Below are positions 13,799-25,372 of a DNA stretch of 64,000 bases, in pieces. The translations under genes were made by a program, and so were the position numbers. Position 1 is the stretch's first letter. Each line of letters starts with the position of its first letter. The stretch comes from Eledone cirrhosa. Lineage: Eukaryota. Below the pieces are notes generated by a model. The model was not told the origin of the DNA. It saw nothing but the letters and a program-made list of their open reading frames with translations, and did not search any database. Where the stretch lies: the NCBI GenBank assembly GCA_964016885.1, contig CAXHJY010000001.1, positions 744,001-808,000 of the forward strand, given 5' to 3'.

Positions 13799-14038
13799 TT
13801 AATCCTTTCATTACCATATTACTAAAGAAATATATTGCATACGAATTTAAACAAATTTTTATATAATGAAGAATTTGAAGGGCTATAGTTATATAACTGA
13901 GATTTTCATCACTAATATTTTGGATGGAACATAACTTAACAAAAGTTCTTACATAACACTATAGTGGGAGGTTTTTAGATAAATATATAGAGTAAAACAG
14001 TTAATCGGTGTCAGGTATTTTGATATCAAAAAGGTTAA
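13799..14038. mobile_element. Degenerate piggyBac-type (TTAA) MITE whose left end is the 51-bp minisatellite unit
   Basis: TTAA-TCCTTTCATTACC ... GATATCAAAAAGG-TTAA; imperfect TIRs bounded by TTAA. Confidence 0.55.
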
Positions 14039-14099
14039 TAATTCTAAATATTATATCTTGAAATTGTTCAAACTGTTTACATTACATTTCATATTACAG

Positions 14100-14237
14100 C
14101 CTGTGACATTGGTAAATTTGGAGCTAACTGTAAACACACATGCCACTGTGCTGATAATAACAGGTGTTACAAACAGACAGGTGTGTGTTCTAGTGGAGGA
14201 TGTACTGCTGGTTATGAAGGTAGCAACTGTCAGACAG
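14100..14237 (+). CDS. EGF-module exon (CDIGKFGANCKHTCHCADNNRCYKQTGVCSSGGCTAGYEGSNCQT)
   Basis: ttacag| ... |gtaagt; 138 nt; 8 Cys. Confidence 0.85.
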
Positions 14238-14929
14238 GTAAGTGGTGTAGTATAGCTTTGTTTCTAACATGATATATTGAGTCAAGATGACAGTAGGTGT
14301 AACACACAGCTAAGTGTAACACAGAGACAGGTGTGTGTTTTAGTGGAGGGTGTAGTGCTGGTTATGAAGGTAACACCTGTGAGACAGGTAGATTTAAACT
14401 GTTTTGGAGCTACAATCATCATCATCATCATTTTACGTCTGCATTTCCCTGCTTACCAGGGTGGGACGGAAACTGATTCTGGCTTGATTTCTACAGCTGG
14501 ATGCCCTTCCTAACACCAACCTCATTTACAGTGAGTATTGGGTGTTTTTTGCCGTGGCACCTCCAGGACCACTTTGCAGTGGAATGATATGGACCCCAGT
14601 CCCTATCATCTCATTTCTACAACTGAGTAAACTGGAGCAATGGGAAATAAAGTGTCCCGCTCAAGGAAACAACACATCACCCGGTCTGAGAATTGAACTC
14701 ACAACCTTTCGATTGCAAGGCCAATGCTCTAACTACTAAGCTATGTGCTTACAATATAAAGGGGATATCATAGCCTCATGAATATATAGTATAACATTGG
14801 TATGGAGTGTAGAGAATCGGCAAGTATATAGACATAATATCGATGTTACGGAAATCATATAGATTGTATAGATATAGTATGGATTATATATAGTTTAGGT
14901 CATACCACTGGAGTATAAAATAATATAAT

Positions 14930-15390
14930 AATGAAATTATTGTGTACAGTGCTCAGGTGCACTACAACTCATCAAAGGTGCATGTATAGTACATAGAATA
15001 ATGTTTAAATGTCAGGAAAAGGAACAGTGTTAGAGTCATGAAATACATGTGTGCGTGTGTATGGAAGGGGGGACATCAGGTGCAGTGTTGACGAATCTCA
15101 GGAAGCATAGAGGTTTTAAAGGATGTAGTGTCTCGACAGCTAACAACTGATGCAGGTAGTTTGTTCCATGGAGGTTTTAAAGGATGTAGTGTCTCGACAG
15201 CTAACAACTGATGCAATTAGTTTGTTCCATGGCGGTTGTAAAGGATGTGTCTCGACAGCTAACAACTGATGCAGGTAGTTTGTTCCATGCTTCAGCAACT
15301 CTGAGCTTGAAAAAATGTTTCCGAAAGTCATGGGAGCTGTGCTGTTTTCTGACTTTGTAGGCATATCCATGGGTGTTAGAAACATGGAAA
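14930..15390 (-). mobile_element. CR1/L2-like LINE 3' fragment with an internal tandem reiteration
   Basis: Translates to HGYAYKVRKQHSSHDFRKHFFKLRVAEAWNKLPASVV, a CR1-type ORF2 C-terminus. Related tails at 21020-21205, 39565-39835 and 45835-46310. Confidence 0.7.
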
Positions 15391-15652
15391 TTAAGATGAT
15401 ACAAATATAGTACAGATGATATAGATATAGTATAGATGACAACGCTATAATATAGATGATAGAATTGTGGTAGCTATCCCTTTTATCCCAACAGGGTTGA
15501 TAAAATGAAGTACCAGTCACACACTGGGGTCGATTTAATTGATTTTCTCCTCCCCTAAAATTGCTGGCCTTGTGCCTAAATCAGAAGCATTATCTTGTAT
15601 AGTGTTATATGTTGTTGTTATTGTCATTGTTCTCATATTTTTATTTCCACAG

Positions 15653-15790
15653 TCTGTAGAAATGGAAAATTTGGAGCCAACTGTGGCAACACATGTCACT
15701 GTGTTGACAACAGTAAATGTAACAAACAGACAGGTGTGTGTTCTAGAGGAGGATGTACTGCTGGTTATGAAAGTAGCAACTGTCAGACAG
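15653..15790 (+). CDS. EGF-module exon (CRNGKFGANCGNTCHCVDNSKCNKQTGVCSRGGCTAGYESSNCQT)
   Basis: ccacag| ... |gtaagc; 138 nt. Confidence 0.85.
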
Positions 15791-15870
15791 GTAAGCTTTG
15801 TTTGTTACTTAATATATTTAGTCAAGATGATAGTAGGTGTAACACAGAGACAGGTGTAAGACAGAGACAG

Positions 15871-18800
15871 GTGTGTGTTCCAGTGGAAGGTGTGTTCCTG
15901 GTTATAAGGTATCATCTATCAGACAGGTGTGTTACAGTAGATGGTGTGGTCCTGGTTATAAGGTAGCAGCTGTCAGACAGGTGTGTTACAGTAGATGGTG
16001 TGGTCCTGGTTATAAGGTATCATCTATCAGACAGGTATGTTACAGTAGATGGTGTGGTCCTGGTTATAAGGTAGCACCTGTCAGACAGGTGTGTTACAGT
16101 AGATGGTGTGATCCTGGTTATAAGGTAGCACCTGTCAGACAGGTGTGTTACAGTAGATGGTGTGGTCCTGGTTATAAGGTAGCACCTGTCAGTCAGGTGT
16201 GTTACAGTAGATGGTGTGGTCCTGGTTATAAGGTAGCACCTGTGAGAAAGGTGTGTTCCAGTAGATGGTGTGGTCCTGGTTATAAGGTATCATCTATCAG
16301 ACAGGTGTGTTACAGTAGATGGTGTGGTCCTGGTTATAAGGTAGCACCTGTCAGACAGGTGTGTTACAGTAGATGGTGTGGTCCTGGTTATAGGGTATCA
16401 TCTATCAGACAGGTGTGTTACAGTAGATGGTGTGGTCCTGGTTATAAGGTATCATCTATCAGACAGGTGTGTTACAGTAGATGGTGTGGTCCTGGTTATA
16501 AGGTATCATCTATCAGACAGGTGTGTTACAGTAGATGGTGTGGTCCTGGTTATAAGGTAGCACCTGTCAGACAGGTGTGTTACAGTAGATGGTGTGGTCC
16601 TGGTTATAAGGTATCATCTATCAGACATGTGTGTTACAGTAGATGGTGTGGTCCTGGTTATAAGGTAGCACCTGTCAGACAGGTGTGTTACAGTAGATGG
16701 TGTGGTCCTGGTTAATAGGTAGCACCTGTCAGATAAGTGTGTTACAGTAGATGGTGTGGTCCTGGTTATAAGTTAGCACCTGTCAGACAGGTGTGTTACA
16801 GTAGATGGTGTGGTCCTGGTTATAAGGTAGCACCTGTCAGACAGGTGTGTTACACTAGTTGGTGTGGTCCTGGTTATAAGGTAGCACCTGTCAGACAGGT
16901 GTGTTACAGTAGATGGTGTGGTCCTGGTTATAAAGTAGCACCTGTCAGACAGGTGTGTTACAGTAGATGGTGTAGTCCTGGTTATAAGGTAGCACCTGTC
17001 AGACAAGTGTGTTACAGTAGATGGTGTGGTCCTGGTTATAAGGTAGCACCTGTCAGACAAGTGTGTTACAGTAGATAGTGTGGTCCTGGTTATAAGGTAG
17101 GAGCTGTCAGACAGGTGTGTTACAGTAGATGATGTGGTCCTGGTTATAAGGTAGCAGCTGTCAGACAGGTGTGTTACAGTAGATGGTGTGGTCCTGGTTA
17201 TATGGTAGCAGCTGTCAGACAGGTGTGTTACAGTAGATGGTGTGGTCCTGGTTATAAGGTAGCACCTGTCAGACAGGTGTGTTACAGTAGAAGGTGTGGT
17301 CCTGGTTATAAGGTAGCACCTGTCAGATAGGTGTGTTACAGTAGATGGTGTGGTCCTGGTTATAAGGTAGCACCTGTCAGACAGGTGTGTTACAGTAGAA
17401 GGTGTGGTCCTGGTTATAAGGTAGCACCTGTCAGACAGGTGTGTTACAGTAGATGGTGTGGTCCTGGTTATAAGGTATCATCTATCAGACAGGTGTGTTA
17501 CAGTAGATGGTGTGGTCCTGGTTATATGGTAGCAGCTGTCAGACAGGTGTGTTACAGTAGATGGTGTGGTCCTGGTTATAAGGTAGCAGCTATCAGACAT
17601 GTGTGTTACAGTAGATGGTGTGGTCCTGGTTATAAGGTAGCACCTGTCAGACAGGTGTGTTACAGTAGATGGTGTGGTCCTGGTTATAAGGTAGCACCTG
17701 TCAGACAGGTGTGTTACAGTAGAAGGTGTGGTCCTGGTTATAAGGTAGCACCTGTCAGACAGGTGTGTTACAGTAGATGGTGTGGTCCTGGTTATAAGGT
17801 AGCACCTGTCAGACAGGTGTGTTACAGTAGAAGGTGTGGTCCTGGTTATAAGGTAGCACCTGTCAGACAGGTCTGTAACAGTAGATGGTGTGGTCCTGGT
17901 TATAAGGTAGCACCTGTCAGACAGGTGTGTTACAGTAGATGGTGTGGTCCTGGTTATATGGTAGCAGCTATCAGACATGTGTGTTACAGTAGATGGTGTA
18001 GTCCTGGTTATAAGGTATCATCTATCAGACAGGTGTGTTACAGTAGATGGTGTGGTCCTGGTTATAAGGTAGCACCTGTCAGACAGGTGTGTTCCAGTAG
18101 ATGGTGTGGTCCTGGTTATAAGGTATCATCTATCAGACAGGTGTGTTACAGTAGATGGTGTGGTCCTGGTTATAAGGTAGCACCTGTCAGACAGGTGTGT
18201 TCCAGTAGATGGTGTGGTCCTGGTTATAAGGTAGCAGCTGTCAGACAGGTGTGTTACAGTAGATGGTGTGGTCCTGGTTATAAGGTAGCACCTGTCAGAC
18301 ACGTGTGTTCCAGTAGATGGTGTGGTACTGGTTATATGGTAGCAGCTGTCAGACAGGTGTGTTACAGTAGATGGTGTGATCCTGGTTATAAGGTAGCACC
18401 TGTCAGACAGGTGTGTTACAGTAGATGGTGTGGTCCTGTTTATAAGGTATCATCTATCAGACAGGTGTGTTACAGTAGATGATGTGGTCCTGGTTATAAG
18501 GTAGCACCTGTCAGACATGTGTGTTACAGTAGATGGTGTGGTCCTGGTTATAAGGTATCATCTATCAGACAGGTGTGTTACAGTAGATGGTGTGGTCCTG
18601 GTTATAAGGTAGCACCTGTCAGACAGGTGTGTTCCAGTAGATGGTGTGGTCCTGGTTATAAGGTATCATCTATCAGACAGGTGTGTTACAGTAGATGGTG
18701 TGGTCCTGGTTATAAGGTAGCACCTGTCAGACAAGTGTGTTACAGTAGATAGTGTGGTCCTGGTTATAAGGTAGGAGCTATCAGACAGGTGTGTTACAGT

Positions 18801-20195
18801 AGATGGTGTGGTCCTGGTTATATGGTAGCAGCTGTCAGACAGGTGTGTTACAGAAGATGGTGTGGTCCTGGTTATAAGGTAGCACCTGTCAGACAGGTGT
18901 GTTACAGTAGAAGGTGTGGTCCTGGTTATAAGGTAGCAGCTATCAGACATGTGTGTTACAGTAGATGGTGCGGTCCTGGCTATAAGGTAGCACCTGTCAG
19001 ACAGGTGTGTTACAGTAGATGGTGTGGTCCTGGTTATAAGGTAGCACCTGTCAGACAGGTGTGTTACAGTAGAAGGTGTGGTCCTGGTTATAAGGTAGCA
19101 CCTGTCAGACAGGTGTGTTACAGTAGATGGTGTGGTCCTGGTTATAAGGTAGCACCTGTCAGACAGGTGTGTTACAGTAGAAGGTGTGGTCCTGGTTATA
19201 AGGTAGCACCTGTCAGACAGGTGTGTTACAGTAGATGGTGTGGTCCTGGTTATAAGGTAGCACCTGTCAGACAGGTGTGTTACAGTAGATGGTGTGGTCC
19301 TGGTTATAAGGTATCATCTATCAGACAGGTGTGTTACAGTAGATGGTGTGGTCCTGGTTATATGGTAGCAGCTATCAGACATGTGTGTTACAGTAGATGG
19401 TGTGGTCCTGGTTATAAGGTATCATCTATCAGACAGGTGTGTTACAGTAGATGGTGTGGTCCTGGTTATAAGGTAGCACCTGTCAGACAGGTGTGTTCCA
19501 GTAGATGGTGTGGTCCTGGTTATAAGGTATCATCTATCAGACAGGTGTGTTACAGTAGATGGTGTGGTCCTGGTTATAAGGTAGCACCTGTCAGACAGGT
19601 GTGTTCTAGTAGATGGTGTGGTCCTGGTTATAAGGTAGCAGCTGTCAGACAGGTGTGTTACAGTAGATGGTGTGGTCCTGGTTATAAGGTAGCACCTGTC
19701 AGACACGTGTGTTCCAGTAGATGGTGTGGTACTGGTTATATGGTAGCAGCTGTCAGACAGGTGTGTTACAGTAGATGGTGTGATCCTGGTTATAAGGTAG
19801 CACCTGTCAGACAGGTGTGTTACAGTAGATGGTGTGGTCCTGTTTATAAGGTATCATCTATCAGACAGGTGTGTTACAGTAGATGATGTGGTCCTGGTTA
19901 TAAGGTAGCACCTGTCAGACATGTGTGTTACAGTAGATGGTGTGGTCCTGGTTATAAGGTATCATCTATCAGACAGGTGTGTTACAGTAGATGGTGTGGT
20001 CCTGGTTATAAGGTAGCACCTGTCAGACAGGTGTGTTCCAGTAGATGGTGTGGTCCTGGTTATAAGGTATCATCTATCAGACAGGTGTGTTACAGTAGAT
20101 GGTGTGGTCCTGGTTATAAGGTATCACCTATCAGACAGGTGTGTTACAGTAGATGGTGTGGTCCTGGTTATAAGGTAGCACCTGTCAGACACGTG
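15871..20195. repeat. 54-bp minisatellite, about 80 units, derived from the 3' half of the EGF exon
   Basis: Unit gtgtgttacagtagatggtgtggtcctggttataaggtagcacctgtcagacag versus the exon end gtgtgtgttctagtggaggatgtgctgctggttatgaaggtagcaactgtcagacag. Confidence 0.95.
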
Positions 20196-20420
20196 TGTGC
20201 TCTTTTGTAGTTCTATTTCTTTAGAGAATCTACCAGACAAATGGATGAATGTCCTCTTCAGTCATGATGAAATGTATCAGTAACATCTGAGAGGTCAGTA
20301 GCTCCGATTAAGTTCTGAGTCGGTCTCTGTTGACACATCCCACTCTTGGTTACAGGGGAAGTGAATGTTAAATGTTGATCATGAGGAAGATGTGAGTAGC
20401 AGGGGCAGTAGAGTTACAGA

Positions 20421-20650
20421 TTAACCCTTTAGCATTTACACTACTTCATATACACTATTATATTTTCACAGTAAAGGCTTTATCTCATATAATTATCTCA
20501 CATAATATCAAATCTATGAGATTTTGATAATATCTATTTTGAGAACAATACCTTAACATAAGTATGAGCAGCCAGTTATGGCTGGTTTGAACAGAAAGAA
20601 GTGTGAGAATTCTGGCCGGATATAACCGGTTTTAATTCTAAAGGTTTTAA
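20421..20650. mobile_element. piggyBac-type MITE family (TTAACCCTTTAGCA...TGCTAAAGGGTTAA)
   Basis: TTAA-bounded CCCTTT/AAAGGG TIRs. Copies at 22049-22406 (SINE inside), 27009-27237, 35819-36047, 41328-41532 plus 43990-44014 (split by a LINE) and 44034-44185 (partial). Confidence 0.75.
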
Positions 20651-21569
20651 TGGGTTGTGATTTTGAGTTCTTTTTTAAAACGGTATTCAAATCCCACCAA
20701 AATCAACTTTTTCTGTCATACTTTTGGAGTAGATAGAATAATATAGCAGTGAAATACCATGCAATGGACTAGCATCCTGTCCAGGTGTGGGGAATACAGT
20801 GGACTCTGCTCAGTGTGATACCTACCGACAGTTAGAAGGACTGGGCTGTTGAATATACAAAAACAAAAAAATGTCTAAAGTGTGTCTCGAGTGCTGAGGG
20901 TCATCAGGCCAGTGCTATCTATGGCATGAAGTGACTTAAAATACAAAACTTCCCCTGGACAGGGCACCAGTCCATCCCAAGGTTAAATCACCAGCTATTA
21001 CTGGCACTGATCTCCAAGCTTCCTGAAATTCGCCAACACTACACCTGATATCCCTCCTCCATACACACGTACATATGTTTATCATGACTCATACACTGTT
21101 CATTTTCCTGACATTTGTTCATTATTCTATGTGCTTTACATGCACCTTTGATGAGTTATAGTGCACCTGAGCACTGTACACAATAATTTCACTATTATTA
21201 TTATTATACTGGAGCGGTGGATTGTCAGTATTGGTAGAGAGTCGGACGCCATGCTTTGAAGCATAGAGTTACGTCCCTTTATGATCTGAGTTCAAATCCC
21301 ACCAAGGTTAACTTTGCCTTTCATCCTTACGGGGTCGATAAAATAAAGTACCAGTAATGTACTGGGTAATTGCTGGCCTTGTGTCAAAAGTAGAAACAAT
21401 TATTATTATACTGGAGCAACATGAATGGAAATACTTTTGCTCAAGAACACAACACACAACCTAGTTGAGGAATAGAACTCACGACATTATGATTGTAAGT
21501 CCAACACCCTTACCACAAGGCCACACAAATACACACCAAAATATATATTTGTTATTGATTGATTTGTAG

Positions 21570-21707
21570 GATGTAAGAGAGGAAAATTTGGACCAAACTG
21601 TCGAAACATGTGTCATTGTGCTGACAAGAGTAAATGTAAGCCACAGACTGGTAGCTGCTCTAATGGAGGATGTGCTCCTGGATATGAAGGTGGCAACTGT
21701 CAGACAG
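21570..21707 (+). CDS. EGF-module exon (CKRGKFGPNCRNMCHCADKSKCKPQTGSCSNGGCAPGYEGGNCQT)
   Basis: ttgtag| ... |gtaagt; 138 nt. Confidence 0.85.
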
Positions 21708-23114
21708 GTAAGTGGTGTACTATCATCATCATAAATATCATCATTGTTATTATCATCATCATCACTACTACCACCACTACCACAACCACAACCGCAACCA
21801 CTACCCAACATCACTATCAACCACCACAACTCCCACTGCAACCACCACCACCTCACCCACAACCCCACCACCTCCACAACCACTACCAACCACCACCACC
21901 AGCCACCACTGCCACTAACACCACTACCACCACTACCACCACCACCACCACCACCATTCTATTCTGAGTTCAAATCTTGCCATGGTTGACTTTGTCTTTC
22001 ACTTTTCTGTGCAGGGTCTCATAAAGTTCTTTTGAAGCCCTAACAAGTTTAACCCTTTAGCATATCGATGTGAAGGTATTGTTCTCTAAATAAATAATAT
22101 AAACATTTCATAGATTCAATATTATTGTTTTTACATTTGGCACAAGGCCAGCAAATTACCCAGTACATTACTGGTACTTTATTTTATCAACCCCGTAAGG
22201 ATGAAAGGCAAAGCAAACCTCAGCGGGTTTTGAACTCAGAACGCAAAGGGCAGTAACTCTGTGCCGCAAAGCAAGGTATTGTTCTCAAAATAAATAATAT
22301 CAAAATCTCATAGATTCAATATTATGCGAGATAATTATGAGAGATAAAGCCCTTACCGTGAAAATATAATAGTATTTATAGGGTAATGTAAATACTAAAG
22401 GGTTAAGGATGATGGTGTGCATCCCCCACCACCCCTCACCTCATAAATAACTTCTGGAAGAAAATTGGATGGAAGGTGTTGACAGAATGAAAAATATGTT
22501 TAATTTAATTAAAATTTACCCCTTTTCCCTTGTTACCCTAAACATGTGATTATTTTGCTTAATGGTTTATCCATCACTACTGTCAGGGTTGATTAATTAA
22601 GTACCAGTAAAATACTAGGTAGTATTACTTTAAGCCCCCACCCCATCACTTCAAATGTCAAGTCATGTGATTATGTTAGAAATTAATATTTCACTTCAAT
22701 AAATATTTTAAAAAGTAAAGAAAAAAAACCTTTTTAAAATCAATTTAAAGTTTAATTGATTATTTTGAAATATGAAAAATATTTAAGTCACAAGATTTAA
22801 ATAATTATGGAAAGAATGGAAATGAGAATGATCGAGTGGATTAGTTGAGGGCTGCTGAAAGATGATTTAAAAAGGATGATGGGGATAGGACGACTGATGA
22901 ATGTTGTGAAAAGAAATGGTGTGAGATGGTTGGGTCATGTGTTGAGGATGGATGAAAGTGACTCTGTGAGAGGAGTAATGGAAACAGACAGGTGTCAGAC
23001 AGGTGGGTGTTGTAATGGAGGTGTGGTGCTAGTTATAAAGGTATCAGCTGTCAGACAGGTGTGTGTTGTAGTGGAGGTGTGGTGCTTGTTATAAAGGTAT
23101 CAGCTGTCAGACAG

Positions 23115-23570
23115 GTGTGGTGCTGGTTATGAAGATAGCAACTGTCAGACAGGTGTGGTGCTGGTTATGAAGGTAGCAACTGTCAGACAGGTGTGGTGCT
23201 GGTTATGAAGGTAACAACTGTCAGACAGGTGTGGTGCTGGTTATAAAGGTAACAACTGTCAGACAGGTGTGGTGCTGGTTATGAAGGTAGCAACTGTCAG
23301 ACAGGTGTGGTGCTGGTTATAAAGGTAACAACTGTCAGACAGGTGTGGTGCTGGTTATGAAGGTAACAACTGTCAGACAGGTGTGGTGTTGGTTATGAAG
23401 GTAGCAACTGTCAGACAGGTGTGGTGCTGGTTATAAAGGTAACAACTGTCAGACAGGTGTGGTGCTGGTTATGAAGGTAGCAACTGTCAGACAGGTGTGG
23501 TGCTGGTTATGAAGGTAGCAACTGTCAGACAGGTGTGGTGCTGGTTATGAAGATAGAAACTGCCAGACAG
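23115..23570. repeat. 38-bp minisatellite x12 derived from the last 38 nt of the EGF exon, ending at a genuine donor site
   Basis: Unit gtgtggtgctggttatgaaggtagcaactgtcagacag; the last unit is followed by gtaagtggtgtagtatagc, the usual intron start. Confidence 0.9.
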
Positions 23571-24292
23571 GTAAGTGGTGTAGTATAGCTTGGTTTCTAA
23601 CTTAATATATTGAGACATCACATGGAAGGGAAAAATGTATGCTACATGTGTTAGAAGTGACATTATTTTTAAGAGTGAGACATGATTGATGAAGATGGAA
23701 CAACAGAGAAAGCAGAGGAGACTTGAAATGAGAATGGTCCGGTGAAATATCCCCATGAAAGAGGCAGGAAATCAATATTTTGCAGAGATTGATGTAAATA
23801 GTGTCAATAATATTTATGAAGAGAAATGAAAGGATATGCTGGATCATGTGTTGAGGAAAAATGGGGATGACTAATTTATTGGAGCCGGGATGTGTCCATC
23901 GACCCCATAGTCATTCAGAACATTCCACATCTGATCCTGTAAAATACTGTCATAAGCCTTTTTGATGTCTGCAAAACAGGAATACATCTCTTGGCAGTAA
24001 TCCCATGATTTATCAAAGACCTACCTCACTGTGAATATTTGGTCAGCTTTACTGCATCCAGGGTAAAACCACATTGTCCATCAGCTAACTTGAACACAAC
24101 AATCTCTCTTTGTCAGACATTTATCATAAACTTTATCAGGAAGGTTTAACAAGGAGTTCCTTCTTTAATTGGAGCAATCTTTCTTATCTCAATTTTACAG
24201 AATTAGGATAATGTCCACCATTTAAAATATGAGACTATCAGAAATTAATGTGAATTGTCAAATATATTTAGACTTCCATATTTTATTTTCAG

Positions 24293-24412
24293 GGTGTAAA
24301 ACAGGTAAATTGGACCCAACTGTGGCAACACATGTCACTGTTCTGACAACAGCAGGTGTGTGTTCCAGTGGAGGATGTGCTGCTGGTTATGAAGGTAGCA
24401 ACTGTCAGACAG
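24293..24412 (+). CDS. Shortened 120-nt exon with compensating -1 and -17 deletions (CKTGKLDPTVATHVTVLTTAGVCSSGGCAAGYEGSNCQT)
   Basis: ttttcag| ... |gtaagc; net -18 nt; no stop codon; 4 of 8 Cys retained. Confidence 0.5.
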
Positions 24413-24664
24413 GTAAGCTTTGTTTGTAACTTAGTATATTGGGACATCGCATGGAAAGAAAATGTTTGTAACAAGTTTGCATCGCATGGAAGGGAAAGAT
24501 GTATGCTACATACTGAGTGATGAAGATGGAGCTACAGGAGAAGCTGAAGAGAATGGAAAGGCAAGATGTATGCTACATGTGTTAGAGGTGACATGATTTA
24601 TAGGAGCAAGAAGCTGTCCATTAACCCCTTACTCATGCAGAACATTCCATATTTTTATTTTCAG

Positions 24665-24801
24665 GGTGTAAAACAGGTAAATTTGGCCCAACTGTGGCAA
24701 TATTTGTCACTGTGCTGACAACAACAGGTGTAACAAACAGACAGGTGTGTGTTCCAGTGGAGGATGTGCTACTGGTTATGAAGGTAGCAACTGTCAGACA
24801 G
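24665..24801 (+). pseudogene. EGF-module exon copy, 137 nt (1-nt deletion)
   Basis: TTTGGCCCAAC instead of TTTGGACCCAAC; splice sites intact. Confidence 0.65.
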
Positions 24802-25185
24802 GTAAGTGGTGTAATACAAGGCTCTTCTGAATAGTTCTTAGGTTGAACAAGTTACTCTCATGCAATGTGACCAAATGAGGTTTATTTTTGCAAATAGTCC
24901 CCCCTGCGGTCCACACCCTTTCTCCATTGGTGTTGCAGTTGGATCCCATTTGTGAAAAAGCTTTCATCTTATCCATGAGAAACATCATCAGCAGGTGATA
25001 TGATGTCATCATCAGTGTGATACTGGTTTCGAGCTAATTATTTAATCATGCAGCTCTGCTACGTCCAGGATGAAAACCATACTGTTCATCAAAAACTCTG
25101 ATAATGTCCGCCATGTAAAATATGAAACTATCAGAAATTAATGTAAATTAATAAATATATTTAGACTTTCATATTTTATTTTCAG

Positions 25186-25323
25186 GGTGTAAAACAGGTA
25201 AATTTGGACCCAACTGTAAATATACATGTCACTGTGCAGATAACAGCAGGTGTAACAAACAGACAGGTGTGTGTTCTAGTGGCGGATGTGCTGCTGGTTA
25301 TGAAGGTAGCAACTGTCAGACAG
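25186..25323 (+). CDS. EGF-module exon (CKTGKFGPNCKYTCHCADNSRCNKQTGVCSSGGCAAGYEGSNCQT)
   Basis: ttttcag| ... |gtaagt; 138 nt. Confidence 0.85.
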
Positions 25324-25372
25324 GTAAGTGGTGTAGTGTAGCTTTGTTTCTAAAATAATATATTGAGACATC

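Noticed and set aside
15873-20210. Cys-rich ORFs (CYSRWCGPGYKVAPVRQV)n as a novel repeat protein
   Set aside because: Satellite-derived, a mix of two exon frames, interrupted by stops and lacking an acceptor site. Kept only as a repeat finding.
21720-21955. His/Thr/Pro-rich ORFs
   Set aside because: (CAT)n/(CAC)n trinucleotide microsatellite in an intron.
1837-25323. Second open reading frame through the young exons (VNLEPTVATHVTVLTT...), a possible dual coding
   Set aside because: Stops in that frame need NTA/NTG codons (Leu/Ile/Val/Met), which are scarce in Cys/Gly-rich modules. The exons are recent copies of each other, and the frame closes in exon 27572.
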